DNA of 64,000 bases from assembly GCF_006345805.1 (NCBI RefSeq), contig NC_043005.1, positions 94,240,001 to 94,304,000 on the forward strand. The letters are read 5' to 3'. The position numbers and the translations under genes are program-made. This DNA is from Octopus sinensis (lineage: Eukaryota). Below, in pieces: positions 1-13,444 of this stretch (position 1 is the first letter of the stretch; the number at the start of each line of letters is the position of its first letter). The notes under the pieces were generated by a model. The model saw only the letters and a list, made by a program, of their open reading frames with translations, made no database searches and was not told where the DNA came from.

Positions 1-1646
1 TTTCTTCAAGGGTTGGAATTGGATGGTATTCTCTTTTTAATGCCTTGTTCAGGTCCCTAGGGTCAAGGCATATCCGTAGGGTACCATTGGGTTTTTCCTT
101 GATTACAATTGAATTCACCCAGTCTGTTGGTCGTGTCACTTTGGTGATTATTTCTTTTTTTTCCATTCTATCCAACTCTGTCTTCAGCTTCTCTTTTAGT
201 TCTAGAGGGACGCGGCGAGGTGGGTGAACAATTGGTTTGATATTGGGGTCGACTGTTATATGATATCGACATTTCACAAAGCACCCGACTGTATCGTCAA
301 AGCATTCAGGGTACATGCTTACCAGTTCCTCTTTGTTTGTGATTGGTATTCGGTCTTTGATAGCCATATCTCTGTCAATCCTGCTCGGAGTTGCCTTCAC
401 TTCACCATTGATTGACACAATATTTAGCTTTTTGCAGGTATTGAGTCCAAAAATTGCTGGTCCTTCTGTTCTTGTGACATAAAAAGAACACTTGATTATT
501 TTTCCTTTGTGTGTCCCTGTAATTGTTGTTTTACCCAGTTGTGGAATCCTGGTACCTCCGTACGCAGTGAGGATTACATCACTTGATGTGAGGATTCCTT
601 CTTTGATTTTATCCTCTTGTGTCATGTGTTCTGGGAACATCTTTTTGTAGAGGTTGACATGTAAGATATCACTCTGGGCTCCAGTGTCAATCTTCAGCCT
701 TAAGTCAATGTTTATTCGTTTCTTGCCAGACTTCTTTTGTATTCTTATTGTTGTGTATGCCTCATTTTTTTCTGGTCATTTCCCATCTCATGCACATTTA
801 TTGTGCCGACTGCCAAGAATTCCTCCTCTGAGGTGTTTTGTTCCTGTAGTAGGGCATGTATATCTCTTTGTCTTCTCTTTGAAAATTGGGGCTTGTATTT
901 CTGAGATTTTTTTAGTCTACACATTTTTCCCCAGTGGTTAGGTTTTCCACATGCTTTGCAGTGTGTACCGAATGCAGGAAATTTCTTCCGGTTATCGAAC
1001 TCATGTTCTGTACCACAGTACTGGCATGTTCTTTGTTTGCGGGTATGTTTCGTCCTGTGCCTAGATACAATATCTACACTGCTGTCTAGTGGGCTTGTTT
1101 GTAAGGTGAGGCCATTTGTTTGGTAGTGGCTTCGAATGCTCTTGCAGTGTCTACTGCTTCTATCAACTGGAGAGCGTCCTTACCTATGAGGGACTTCTGA
1201 ACTTCTTTATGAGCACACCCCCATATTAATTGATCAACAATTCTTTCGTCCTTATCTTTGAATTTGCATTTTTCGGCAACATTCTTTAGTCTGGACAGGA
1301 AATTGTCAATCGTTTCCTGTGGGTCTTGTTTCAGGCCCTGGAATTCATATCTGTGAATTCTATGGTTCGATTTGGGCTCTAGGTGCCTTTCAAATTTCTC
1401 TAAAAGTGTGTCTGGGTTATTGCAATCCGATTCTGACATGTCCCAGCTATTGAATAGGTCTAGACCTTTTTCGCCCGTCCATAAAAGGATGTAGCTTACC
1501 TTTTCATCTTCAGTTGTGCCTTTCAGGAAACTTTTGAAAGCTAGTTTAGTTTTCTGTTTGAATTTCTTAAATGCCTCCACGATATCACCGGAGTCCCAGT
1601 TCATGGTCGGATGTAGATTCATCTGTACGGCGACGGGGGCCGCCAT
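1..1646 (-). pseudogene. Disrupted Gypsy gag-pol (gag, zinc knuckle, protease, RT start)
   Basis: Motifs as above, with an in-frame stop at 1086 and further stops or frameshifts before RT. Confidence 0.9.
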
Positions 1647-1753
1647 TTTGGATTCTCGTGTATGTGTGTCCGAAGACGAAGCGATGTTTTGTTTGTTAAT
1701 TTCTGGTTCGTTGTGTTTCTGTTTTGTTGTAAAGGCACAGTTTCCGATTAATT

Positions 1754-1771
1754 ATCCCATCACTGCCACCA
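1754..1771 (-). promoter_or_regulatory. Primer-binding site (tRNA-Leu-type)
   Basis: Minus strand TGGTGGCAGTGATGGGAT directly follows an LTR end (...ATAACA). It resembles the TGGTGGCAGCGGTGGGAT tRNA-Leu PBS with 2 mismatches. The tRNA identity is inferred. Confidence 0.75.
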
Positions 1772-1997
1772 TGTTATGTGTTATTTCGTTCTAATGGGAT
1801 AGACAACCAATATGAAGCCATTGTTATTGTTTTACGTGTTTATTTACTTTTTCATGTTACACGAACTGACCACATTCAGCGCAGCAACACCTATATAACT
1901 TTAGACAGCGTAGTAATACTTATAAACTAGTGTCAAAAGCGGGGACGCATTCCGCACACGCACGCCCACCCATACGCATATATATGAATGTGTAACA
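1772..1997 (-). repeat. Putative 5' LTR
   Basis: TGTTA...TAACA inverted termini, AATAAA on the minus strand near 1840, adjacent to the PBS. The outer boundary is uncertain (alternative CA ends at 1861 and 1907). Confidence 0.55.
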
Positions 1998-3274
1998 TGG
2001 ACTTTCAAAAATCCATCTGAGTAAAGCCATAAATGAAGCTTGTAGCTATTCAGCCTCATTAGTTATTCATATTCCATGTCGCAGAGATCTGAAAATGAGA
2101 CCAGTTGTGGCTGGTCTGTCTTGTGAGACACACTAACCAAATAATGGTTCGCTACCTTTTGGAACTGTTAGATGAGAGTAGTGAGCTTCGTCATTATTTT
2201 GGATTGTTTGTAATTGTTAATTCTTTCATAATAGGGATCTTTTCCTTTTGAACGGCAGTTTTCAACACAATTTCTAGTAAACTAAACACTTTTAAACTTC
2301 GTATACTGGTAGAATGTGTTTCTAAAACATCATTTTTTCTTGGCTTTATTGAGAAAATTCTATATGTTGTAACATATTTCCACTTTAATTTCGAGCATTT
2401 CGGCAATTTTAACCAATCGCTGACCCCCATTGACGTTACGGCGGTTCTCTGTTTATTCTACCCTAAGCTTTCTCTTAGGTTATATTATTTATTTAGGCTT
2501 TTCTCTGAGTAAGGAAGAATATAATGATTCAACGTCACTTATACTCAAGTGTTATCATTATATCTTTAACCCTAGCTGCAGTTATAACGTCATATAGACA
2601 TATACGCATGGAACGCTACATCAACGACCATGTATGTTGAATATTTTAATCGTGTCCTTTAAACCGCTATAAGAAACATAAATCAAAGATTACAGAAATG
2701 CATATTTATCTATGCTCAGTTGAAAAACAAACGTGAAGAGAAACATATTCTTTTTAATTATTTTTATTATATAGATATAACAATTCATATTATTTACAAG
2801 AAGAAAGATAACTTAGTCGTGAAGAAAAACTACTATAATTTCCTTAGCTAATTTCTTCTTTCTATCTAATACGTTAACCAACAAATCAAAATAGATTTGT
2901 GATTAACGTAGACATGGCATAAAAATTTACCGATGTCTCCAAAAGAGTGAGTGACGTGGAGTTGAATAACTGTCAAACGAACACTGAAATATCTTCCAAA
3001 ATCCAGGGTTTTTATAACTGCTCAACTTGACTCAAAAAGAATCGAAATTCATGACAGATATTCTTTACGAAACTTCTAGAATCTTTATATGAGCAGTTGT
3101 ATTAACCAATGGAAAAGAACGAAAATGATAATTCTTCGGCAAAGACATTACGTCATATTGCCAATTCGCGCCACATTTCAAAATGGCTAAAATGGTTATT
3201 GCTACAACGTAAACAACATTCCGTGCTGTATGAATATGTCCCTCGTTTAAGAAACAGATTGGGTTTATTTACAT

Positions 3275-6200
3275 TTGCGAATAAAAAAAGATACGAGTTT
3301 TATACCGCTGCACTTGGATGGTCCAGCATTGGCGCTGTATCTAGAGATGGAAGAGAAGAACCAACTCAGCGCGGAGAAAGTAGAAATCCAGTTGATGGAG
3401 GCCTTTGCGGAGGAAATGTTTGAGGCATACGCTCGCCTGGGGAAAACAAGATGGACTGGGGAATAGGTGGACATATTTGCCAATGAACTCAGGAGATTGG
3501 CTAAACTGGCGGGTTATGAGGGAGAGTCGCTCCAGAAGTGGTAGCGACATGGAGCGGAGAAAGCAGTGTAAGAGCAGTCGACGGAAGAGAAGTACACTGT
3601 GAAGGCGTTACAGATGCACGGATTGTAGTGCAGGGAATAAGGCTGACGCTGCGAGCAATTGTAGTTGGCCACTTGGTGGACGAGACTGACGTGGTGATGG
3701 GGATGGATGCAATCACCCGTTTGGGAGGTGTCACTGTTAACGAGGCTGGTGTAACATTCGGGTTTGCGGAGAAACTGTGTATGGTGAGGCCATGCACGGG
3801 TGACAACCGTGAGGAAAAGCATGCTGCACACGCCATTGAAGACCAGGATTTTTCGATGGCAAGAGGTGGACAGTGGAGTGGCACTGGAAGGGAGAGCCCC
3901 CGACGTTAAAGAACAAAGTGGGCTGCTATCAGCATACTCTAAAAGGAGATGCCAGAAGTGAGTTCGAGGGGGAGGTGGAGCGGTGGATTAAGGAGGGTGT
4001 ATTGATCCTTTGGGAAAAAGAAGAGAGCGGAGTCCTGCCACTGATGGCGGTGATACAGCCCACAAAGCATAAGGTAAGGCCAGTGCTTGACTTCCGAGAG
4101 CTGAATGACCACGTATCATGTCATACAGGCGGCGAGGCCACGGATATCTACGGAGACACCTTGTGAGAGTGGAGGTAGATGATAGGGGCCTCCACAATCG
4201 TTGATTTGAAGTCGGCATACCTACAGGTGCATGTGGCTGAGAAACTGTGGAAGTACCAGCTTGTCAGGTGCATGGGCCGGACGTACTGTCTGACCAGGTT
4301 GGGGTTCGGGCTGAATTCAGTGCCAAAGATTATGGCAACAATTCTCAAGGCCATCATGGCAAAGGTGGACAGAGTAAAAAAGGCCACCAATTCATACATT
4401 GATGATATTCTGGTGTATGAAACCATAATGCCAGCAAGAGACGAGCCAAAGGAGTGAAGTGGAATGATAGAGTGGGGGAGAAGACGATCGACATGATACA
4501 GGAAGTCTTGGTCAGAGTAGGAGCAGAGGACCCAGTGAGGGGAAGTTGGTATGTTCCCAAATCAAAGAGCGGGATTGTATGGTATGACACCAGTAGCATT
4601 GCAATAGGGATTATCTTAGAAGTGGGAAGTGTCATGGTGGAAGATGCAGCCTGGCTCAGGGAGATGGATGACTGCAATCATATCAATGTGGCAGAATTGG
4701 ATGCCGTGTTGAAGGGGGTGAACCTAGCCTTGAAGTGGGGGTTGCACACCATAGAAATCAGGACTGATTCGGCCACTGTACTTGGTTGGGTGACAGCAGT
4801 CATCACCAATGAGCAGAGGGTGCGGACCAAAGGGGCTGCAGAGATGCTGGTAAAGCGTCGATTGGGGATACTGCGTGAACTAACCACTGAGTTCAATTTG
4901 AAGCTGAGCGTGATCTTTGTGCCTTCCGAGAAGAACAGGGCGGACGTCCTGACCAGGGTAAAGTGAGCATGGTTGCAGGTGCCAGAGGATGCGAAGCAGG
5001 CTGTAGCTGCAGTATGCCTTCTGAGTGACTCGGAGTTGCGGAGATTGCATACCATGCATCACATGGGGGTGGACAGAACATTGTTACTAGCCAGGAAGGT
5101 TGACTTCGATGTAACAAGACGGAGTATGCAGAGAGTGGTTAGCAGCTGTGACAGGTGCCAGTCCATCGACCCTGCTCCGGGCGTACATGAGGCAGGAAGT
5201 ATTCCAGTGGACCACGACTGGAAACGACTGGTGGTGGGCATAACACACTACCGACAGGGGACATACCTCTCAATGGTTGACTGCGGACCGGGGTGGTTGA
5301 CCATATGGAGGGAGATGAGGACGGGGACCGCAGAGGAAATTGTGAAAGTACTAAATGAGATATTCGTGGAACGAGGCCCCGTGGATGAACTGCTTCTCGA
5401 TAATGGCACTGCATTTCGCTCGGAGGTGCTGAAAGAAATGCTTGCTGGGTGGAAGGTCAACCGCTTCTTCAGGGCGGCATACCGGCTGAGTGGAAATGGG
5501 GTGGTGGAAAGGCATCATCGTACCATCAAGACCATGGCAGAAAGGGGCCTCATTTCACCAATCGGGGCTGTATTTTGGTACAATATGTCGCCCAGATCAG
5601 GACAGGCTGAGGAGTTGGTGCCACACAGGGCAATATTCAGGTACGAGTGGAAGCATCCGTGTACTGCATCAATGCGACCCGGGGCAGAGGAAGAGCACGC
5701 CTTCGTGCAGGTTGGGGAAGAAGTTTGGGTAAAAACTCCAAATGCACGGTGTACATCACGATAGGGAAAGGGAACAATAACCTCTATAAATTCGAAGAAC
5801 AACATCGCTGTCAATGGTATGCCACGCCACGTTTTGGATATACGGAAGATTGTCCATGCCTCAGAGGATGGAGCCAGCAGCAGTGGGCAAGAAGATGAAG
5901 ACAACAACAGTAGGCAAGAAGATGAAGACAACATCAGTAGACAAGATGATGAAGCCAGCAGCAACATGCCAGGAACCAAGGAACTAGGATCGCACTGCGA
6001 CCACAAAGGGAACGGCACCCTCCTCCCTGGTTGGCTGATTATGAAACCAGTTAAGGTGTGAGTTCGGGAGCGAGGAGTGAGTGGGAAAGCCGGTTGAGTG
6101 ATCTGTAGAACAGGGGAGCGTGTGGTGTTGGTGGAGAGGATGACAGACGAGGTGGGCGGAAGTAGGGCTTGCAGGGGCCGGCGGAAGACTGAGGGGCGCA

Positions 6201-6290
6201 TGCGCGGCAGGAAGCGGATGTGGTAGGACGAAGCACGTGTGGTCAGTGAGGAAAGTGCAGCAATTCCAGCATAGACCTCAGCAATTCCTC
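3275..6290 (+). mobile_element. Decayed compact Ty3/Gypsy element (gag fragment, partial protease, RT, RNase H, integrase)
   Basis: RT: RPVLDFRELN, DLKSAYLQ, YIDD. RNase H: HINVAELDAV, TDS, NRADVLTR. Integrase: HTMHHMG...CDRC zinc motif, LDNGTAF, NGVVERHHRTIK. Domain order is RT-RH-IN. No 5' LTR seen. Confidence 0.93.
3873..6061 (+). pseudogene. Gypsy pol with multiple stops and frameshifts
   Basis: ORF pieces 3873-4166, 4179-4457, 4454-4966, 4973-5764 and 5819-6061 form one pol. Confidence 0.9.
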
Positions 6291-6958
6291 TCTTCCCTTC
6301 TCCAAACTCACAGACACACACACACACACCTCCACAAAACAATCATAAAAAGAATTCTTCTCTAAACCCAAAGAAACCATTTGACCATCTCTCATTAAAT
6401 ACACACACACACACTCTCACAATGATAAAAAGAAATATAATTTATGGTCTACCTCCCCGCCACAACACACTCAATAACACTATGAAATGGTCAAAACTGA
6501 AATTCTTTTTCCCCAAGATCTTAGACCCCCTTTGGAGTAAGCATCGTGTCTAGCAGAGCAAAAAAATTATTTTCTTCTTCTTCCCTCTACCTTCCCCTCT
6601 TTTTCTTTAGCACTCATTCCAAATACAAAAACACACACACACACACGATCGCACACACACACACATGCTCTCTCTCTCACTTTCTCCTCATACATCACCC
6701 TCTTGTACTGTCTTATATTCCTCCCCACCACTACAAACTCAATACCACTATAAAATGGTCAAAACTTTTCACACAGGAACTTAGCTTGATTTGAAAACCC
6801 CACTAGAATGGGAGAAGGCGCTAATACATGATCTAAGTTATATGATGTATAGAAAATGTAATATACAAATAAATATCTGTAAATATAAACCATCCAATTT
6901 TCTGAGTACCTAATTTCTTCTAATATAAAATACCTGCACATCATCTCCAAACCTTCCA

Positions 6959-6962
6959 ATAT

Positions 6963-7057
<95 letters not shown>

Positions 7058-7115
7058 GTATATATATATATTATGTATATATATATATTATGTATATATA
7101 TATATATTATGTATA
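6959..7115. repeat. (TA)n microsatellite
   Basis: Direct reading. One of many (TA)n/(CA)n tracts in the window. Confidence 0.97.
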
Positions 7116-7473
7116 TATTTAATTAAAAAAACTTTTGATAGTTATATATATTTAATTTTAAAAAAAATTTTAAATATAAATTAATAATTTTAATTTTAAA
7201 TTTAAATAATTTAAATTTTTTAAATTTTATATTTTTTGTATATTATATTAATTATTTTTTATTTTTATGTTTTGGTTTATGTTTTTCACAGTTTGATTTG
7301 CCTAATAGTATTATCTCTAATTTAATTTATATTTATACTGTGAAATTAGATTTAATCCTAAATCTAATTTTTCCCTGTAAGTTTGGATTTACTTCCTAAT
7401 ATTATTATTATTATTATAATTAATATATTGATAAATTACGTTTATTGAGTGTAATATCTCAATTTCGTAAGTT

Positions 7474-10400
7474 ATGGAATTTACAGGTAAGATAGAACTG
7501 CTATTTTGGAATTCATCTTTGAAGGATATTCCAATACCCTCTAGGAAAGAATATATTTTGAAACTTATTAATAATATTAAGGATTTTGTTTCTAGAATTA
7601 AATGGAAAGCCTACTATTATAACTATAATATATCTAATTTTAATGATATTATGAATGATAATAATTTTGCTTCTAATTTTAAATCTAAAAAGGAACCCCT
7701 GTATAATAGAGATTTACAGATCTTAGAAGATAATATTTGGAAGGTGGTGAAAAACATTAAATTTCATAAATACCCAAACAGACATAATGAATATTTAAGA
7801 AATTTAGCTATTAGAATTAAAGAAATGAGAAATATGGATGGTATTATTGTACAATCAGATGAAACTAGGAATCTATATAAATTGGATGTTAAATTATATG
7901 ATAACCTTTTAGAGAAAGAGATAATTAAAAAATATAAAATTGTTCCAGATAGTACACTTTATACTATAAATAAGGCCTCTAAATTAGTCATGATGAACTA
8001 TGAGTTGGATAATAAAACTGAACCTTAGAATACACCCTAGAATTACTCTGAAAGACCATAAAGATAATTTTTATTCAGACCCTAAAGTTAGATTAATTTG
8101 TCCATGTAAATCAGACCTTGGTAAATTGAGTAAACTCATTTTAGATAAATATATTAATAAATTAAATAAGTTTAACTACCTAAAATTATGGTTTAGTAAT
8201 AATAATACTTTAAATTGGTTTAATAATATTAAAGAAAAAAATCAATATAAATTTATTCAAATAGATATAGATATAGATGGTCCTCTGGAAGACACTTGTC
8301 CTAAGCCACTTTGACTATTGCTCTCAGCTATGGTCACCATCCAGTGTCAAGTTGATCACAGAACTTGAGGCGATCCAATGAAGCTACACGAAGAAGATAG
8401 CCTCTGTGCAGCATATAAGCTACTGGGAAAGACTCAAGAGATTAAAACTCTATTCCTTAGAGCGTAGGCGAGAAAGATATGCCATAATATACATCTGGAA
8501 GATCCTAGAAGGACTTGTCCCAAACTTTGGCATCGAGAGTTACATAAATGCCAGAACTGGGCGCCACTGCGTGGTGCCAAGGACTCCAAATTTGCCATCA
8601 AGATGTAGGACAAGATACTGTGATAGCCTGGGCTTCAGAGGCCCACAGCTCTTCAATATCCTCCCGAAGAACCTGAGGGACCTGCATGGGGTGGATGCAG
8701 ATGTCTTTAAAGTAGGACTGGATCTCTTCCTGTCAGGTGTCCCAGATGAACCAACTTCACGGCAGGAGGTGCAGATGAGGGCAGCTGCATCGAACTCTCT
8801 CATGCACCAAATGGCAGTTGCTAAAAAGCATTCGTGAAGTAAAATCATGTAGCAACACCAAATGGCGGTGCCCCAGCATGGCCACAGCTCGTGAGCTGAA
8901 ACTAGATAAAAATAAAAATAAATAAATAAATAAAATTATTCTTCTAATAATGAAATTGTGTTTAATAAGGCCCTAATATATGCAATGAATAAAGTGGGAA
9001 TGACTTTTGAAGAGGTTAATGTAATTAAAATGGCTAGGAAATCGTTTATTAGATACAATAATAAATTATGGGCTAGGAAGAATACTAGGGACTATTTTGA
9101 TATACCTATGGGGGCACCCGATTCTGCACAAGCTACGGATTTGGTAGGTATTTATCTATTATCTGAACTTCAATTAGAAAATTTAAAAATAGAGGGTGGT
9201 TTATATAGGGATGACCTTTTATTAATTACTAAGAATTGCACTAATAGGAACCTAGAATTATATAAGAAAAAACTTTATAGTTTCTTTAAAAGATATGGTT
9301 TAAGTATTACTATATATAATGAGAATTATAATGTTAATTATTTAGATGTTAATTTTAATCTAATTACGGGTAAAACACAACCATATCATAAACTTAATGA
9401 AAACCTTAGATATATAAATGTAATCACCCACCATCAATTAAAAAATCGTTGATTAATAATATAAGTAAACGTATATCATTACTTTCTTATGATTTAGAGA
9501 TTTTTAATAAACATGCACCTTATTACAATGAGGCCCTACGAGAGGTAGGTTATAATAATAATATAAATTTTTTAATAAAAATAAAGATAAAAATATTAAT
9601 AATAATTATAATAATTATGTTACTCATACTAGTAGTAATTTTAGTAATTATAAAAATAAAAATAAGAATAAAATTAAAAATAAGACAAATTTTAACATTA
9701 ATTCATTAAATGTTAATTATAATTATAAATTTAACTTTAATAATATTATAAAGAAATATAATAATAGTAATGGTAATGATAATGGTAATAATAATAATAG
9801 TAGTAATAATATGATTAATTATAATAATGATAATAATAATAAGAAGAAGAATAATGATAGTGATGATAAGAAGAAGAATAAGAATAAAATTTGATTAATT
9901 GTTCCTTATGGTGCTCAAGTTAAAACGAACATTATTAAAGAGATTTTAGATATTATTGAACAATTTATTCATGATAATAGTAAATATAAAAAAAATTTTT
10001 CTCTAGTAATAACTTTGGAGTAGGTTATTCTACCACTAATAGTGTAGGTAACATTATTTCTTCTTTTAACAAATTTAAACTGAATAATTTTTATAAAAAT
10101 AAATTTCATAATAATACCAATAATATTAATAAAGATAAGACACTCATTAACTGTACATGTAGAGATAAAACTAAGTTCAAATTTAATAATAAATGTGATT
10201 TAAACGATGTAGTGTATAAATGTATAGTTACATTACTTAATGAGAATAATAGGAATAATAATAACTTAAACACAATATATATAGGGTCCACTTCCTCTGA
10301 AATAAAATTAGGAATCGCACAGCATATGCATTCATTTAAAAATAAAAACCTAATTAATTCAACAGGACTTAGTAAATACATTTGGGGGCTTAAATCCCAA

Positions 10401-10604
10401 AGTATTAAGTATGATTTAAGGTGGGAAATAATAAGTAAGGCCAAATCATATAGTATAGGAGGCAATTATTGTTATTTATGTTCTAATGAATTTAAAGAAA
10501 TTTTATTTTATGATCATAATAATTTAGTGAATACTTTGGATGAGCGTAAAATAAAATGCAGACACAGGTTATTTTACTTATATAATAAATTTCTAGATAA
10601 ATAA
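7474..10604 (+). pseudogene. PLE1 RT + GIY-YIG endonuclease ORF (interrupted)
   Basis: IPIPSRKEY...IKWKAY N-terminus, TLKDHKDNF...VRLICPCKSDLGKLSK, MGAPDS...GLYRDD, YLDV. Endonuclease: VYKC...YIGST...STGLSKYIWGLK...CYLC...KCRH. Confidence 0.93.
8277..8934 (+). mobile_element. 5'-truncated CR1/L2-group LINE 3' end inserted in the PLE1 RT
   Basis: VLWKTLVLSHFDYCSQLWSP...SYWERLKRLKLYSLERRRERYAIIYIWKIL, ending in an (AATA)n tail. GC content is much higher than the host PLE. It splits the PLE motif KFIQIDI / NYSSNNE. Confidence 0.88.
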
Positions 10605-10679
10605 TGACTGTATCTAAACCCTATTTTGTTCCTAATTTGTAGATATATGTACTAGTATTAATCTAAAATTTTCTAAGCT

Positions 10680-11097
10680 TTTTCCAATGACAATTTTAAT
10701 CTAAAATTTTCATTGATAAAATATAATACTTATAATACTTATTAAATGATTTTATGTTATATTAAATAAATAATTTAATATTTTAATAATTTTATAAATA
10801 ATTAATAATAGTAGTGTAGTGTTTCAAATTCTTTATGAGGTTTTGTATTAGTCAATTATAGTTATTTATAGTACATTATAGTACATTTATTGATAAACCA
10901 TAGCTTTTTCCAATGACAATTTTAATTCACAATTTTCATTGATAAAATATATTACTTATAATACTTATTAAATGATTTTATGTTATATTAAATAAATAAT
11001 TTAATATTTTAATAATTTTATAAATATATTACTTAATAATAGTAGTGTAGTGTTTCAAATTCTTTATGAGGTTTTGTATTAGTCAATTATAGTTATT
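10680..11097. repeat. ~225-bp tandem duplication in the PLE1 3' region
   Basis: TTTTCCAATGACAATTTTAAT...GTCAATTATAGTTATT at ~10680-10866 and ~10905-11097. A partial third copy lies near 12270-12335. Confidence 0.85.
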
Positions 11098-11628
11098 AAA
11101 GGTTCTTTATTTACTTAAAGTTAGATTATATTCAGATGTTTATTTTACTAAATATTTAATGGTTTTAATGAATATAGATTTTAGGAAGGTTTTAATTTTG
11201 AATGTATAGGACAATATTCTTTATGTAATATTTTTTATAATGATAATTTATTCAATTATAGAACAATGTATTTGATCTATAAATAAATTAATTTACCTAT
11301 ATAATTAGGTTAATTTATTATTGATTAGCATTTATTTTGAGTATTAATAATATGATATGTAATATAAATATATATTTATCTTATACTAGAGTTAAGTTTA
11401 TATTTTGTTATATTTTTGTTATAAATTTGTTGAATTAATCAATTTGTATGTATTTTCTTTATATTTGAAGTAGATTTATTTAGATGTTTATTTAATCAAT
11501 TTTATTTAATATACAGACGTATAGAAAGGCAAGAAAGAATAAATGGATAAAACGAAATGTTTGCTTGTATGTTTGTATGGATGTATGAATGTAGGCATGT
11601 ATATACGTACGTATACATATAATATGTA

Positions 11629-11724
<96 letters not shown>

Positions 11725-11813
11725 TTGTGTATTATATGTATATGTGACCTCGTGTGTACCGTTGGCAATTTTTTTTTCCTCTGTCTTCCCTTCTCTGGAT
11801 CTTTCCTTCTATA

Positions 11814-11846
11814 TTTCCGACGAAGAGCTCCGCTCGAAACGTTAAA
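11814..11846 (+). ncRNA. Minimal type I hammerhead-like motif (U4C core variant)
   Basis: TTT-CCGACGA-A-GAGC(TCC)GCTC-GAAA-CGT-T-AAA: 3-bp stem I, 4-bp stem II, palindromic stem III ACGT. It lies in a ~220-bp repeat between (TA)n tracts. Confidence 0.6.
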
Positions 11847-13444
11847 CCCTCCTTCTTTCCTGAGCGTCCAATAATACTATATTTGTTCCACGTCCTTGCG
11901 TTGTTGTGTTTTTTTGTGCTTTCTTGTTTGGATTAACTATATATATATATATATATATATGTATACACATACACAGTAATACATCACCTTATGAGGACGC
12001 GCTTTACGAGACACTAGGTTCTCTTCACGAGTTTTAGCTTAAAAATAAAAGCGTATTCTGGGAATGAATTTACTCGTACGTCGAGGCGTTACTATAATTT
12101 TATATAAATTAATTAATCTTATAAGATTTTTAGAGTATACATAGTAATTAGTAGTTATTAATTATTTATTTATTGAGTATTAAGTATAATTTATTATAGT
12201 TATTTTAATAATAAATCTTATAGTATAGAGTGGTTCTATTCTTTAATTGTGACTTCATTCTATTTACATTTATTGATAAACCATAGCTTTTTCCAATGAC
12301 AATTTTAATTCACAATTTTCATTGATAAAATATATTCGTAGTTTTTCACTGTTAAAGAATTCTTCATCTATTTATTCTATTTTTGTTAATAACTTAATTC
12401 CACGAGTATTCTTATAAACGCTTAAAAGATGTTTTCCGTTTTAAAATTTTAGTTCATCACAAAGCCTTGCAAAGCTAAGCAATCTATTTATATTTAAGAT
12501 TTTAAAATTTTAGAATTTAAAATATTTTAATAAGTCTTATTATATAATTTTGTATTCTGTATAAATACTGATTGTTATGTAATGATTTAGTTATCGAAGT
12601 TATGTATATAATTATTAGATTTTAACTCTACTTAGATCGTTAATAGTAATACGATTTTTTAAAGTAAGGTTTCATGTCTATACATTTATTGATAGCATAA
12701 ATTTTAGTCTTTAATCACTATATTTGTTGATAGTTATTTAGTTATTATTTTAAAATATTTTATAATTATTGGATGTGTACTTAAATCTAATATATGAATA
12801 ACGATTTTTTAGTTACATAATTTGGTAATTAAATTTTTGGACTATAACTGAGTTAAGGATATTTGTGAGTTTATTATGTTTTTAAGCTATTTTATATATT
12901 CATAAATATCTCTAATAGTTGACTTTGTTCTATTATAGCTTATATATAGCTATTTTCAATTGATAATTTGTAGTAGTATTTTTCATTGATAAATATATTC
13001 GTAGTATTTATTGGATACTATATAACTACGGATTGATAATTTCATTGTATAAGTATTTAGTTGTTGAAGATATGTATTTCATTATTTCATTATTAGTTCT
13101 TAACTATACGGTTTTTGTACGTTATTAATTAGCCAACGAGATATATGGATCGTTAAATAGTTATAGAGTTCTTTTAAGATAGTTTATTTGTTTACAATTT
13201 GCTTTTTCATCTTTAATCTTTTAATTTTTAATATATTTCATAAGTAATAATGAATAATTAATTTATTTAGTTTTTTATTATCATCATCATCATTTAGCAT
13301 CCGCTTTCCATGCTAGCATGGGTTAGACGGGTCAACTGGGGTCTGTGAAGCTGGAAGGCTTCGTCAGGCCCAGTCAGATCTGGCAGTGTTTCTACGGCTG
13401 GATGCCCTTCCTAACGCCAACCACTCCGCGAATGTAGTGGGTGT

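Larger units (their letters stand above)
1..1997 (-). mobile_element. Ty3/Gypsy LTR retrotransposon, 5' portion (LTR-PBS-gag-protease-start of RT), continuing off the left edge
   Basis: Minus strand reads gag (ORF 1086-1646), then after a stop/frameshift a CCHC knuckle CKACGKPNHWGKMC (~910-960), an aspartic protease LKIDTGAQSDIL (~660-700) and the RT N-terminus PTDWVNSIVIKEKPNGTLRICLDPRDLNKALKREYHPIPTLEE (1-130). PBS and LTR-like sequence lie upstream. Confidence 0.93.

Noticed and set aside
2194-2450. 78-aa minus-strand ORF next to CCAAT/TGACGT motifs
   Set aside because: No recognisable domain, and such short motifs are expected by chance.
11990-12045. Minus-strand GTGAAGA-GA..TCTC-GTAAAGCGCGTC
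   Set aside because: Several core mismatches and no stem I.
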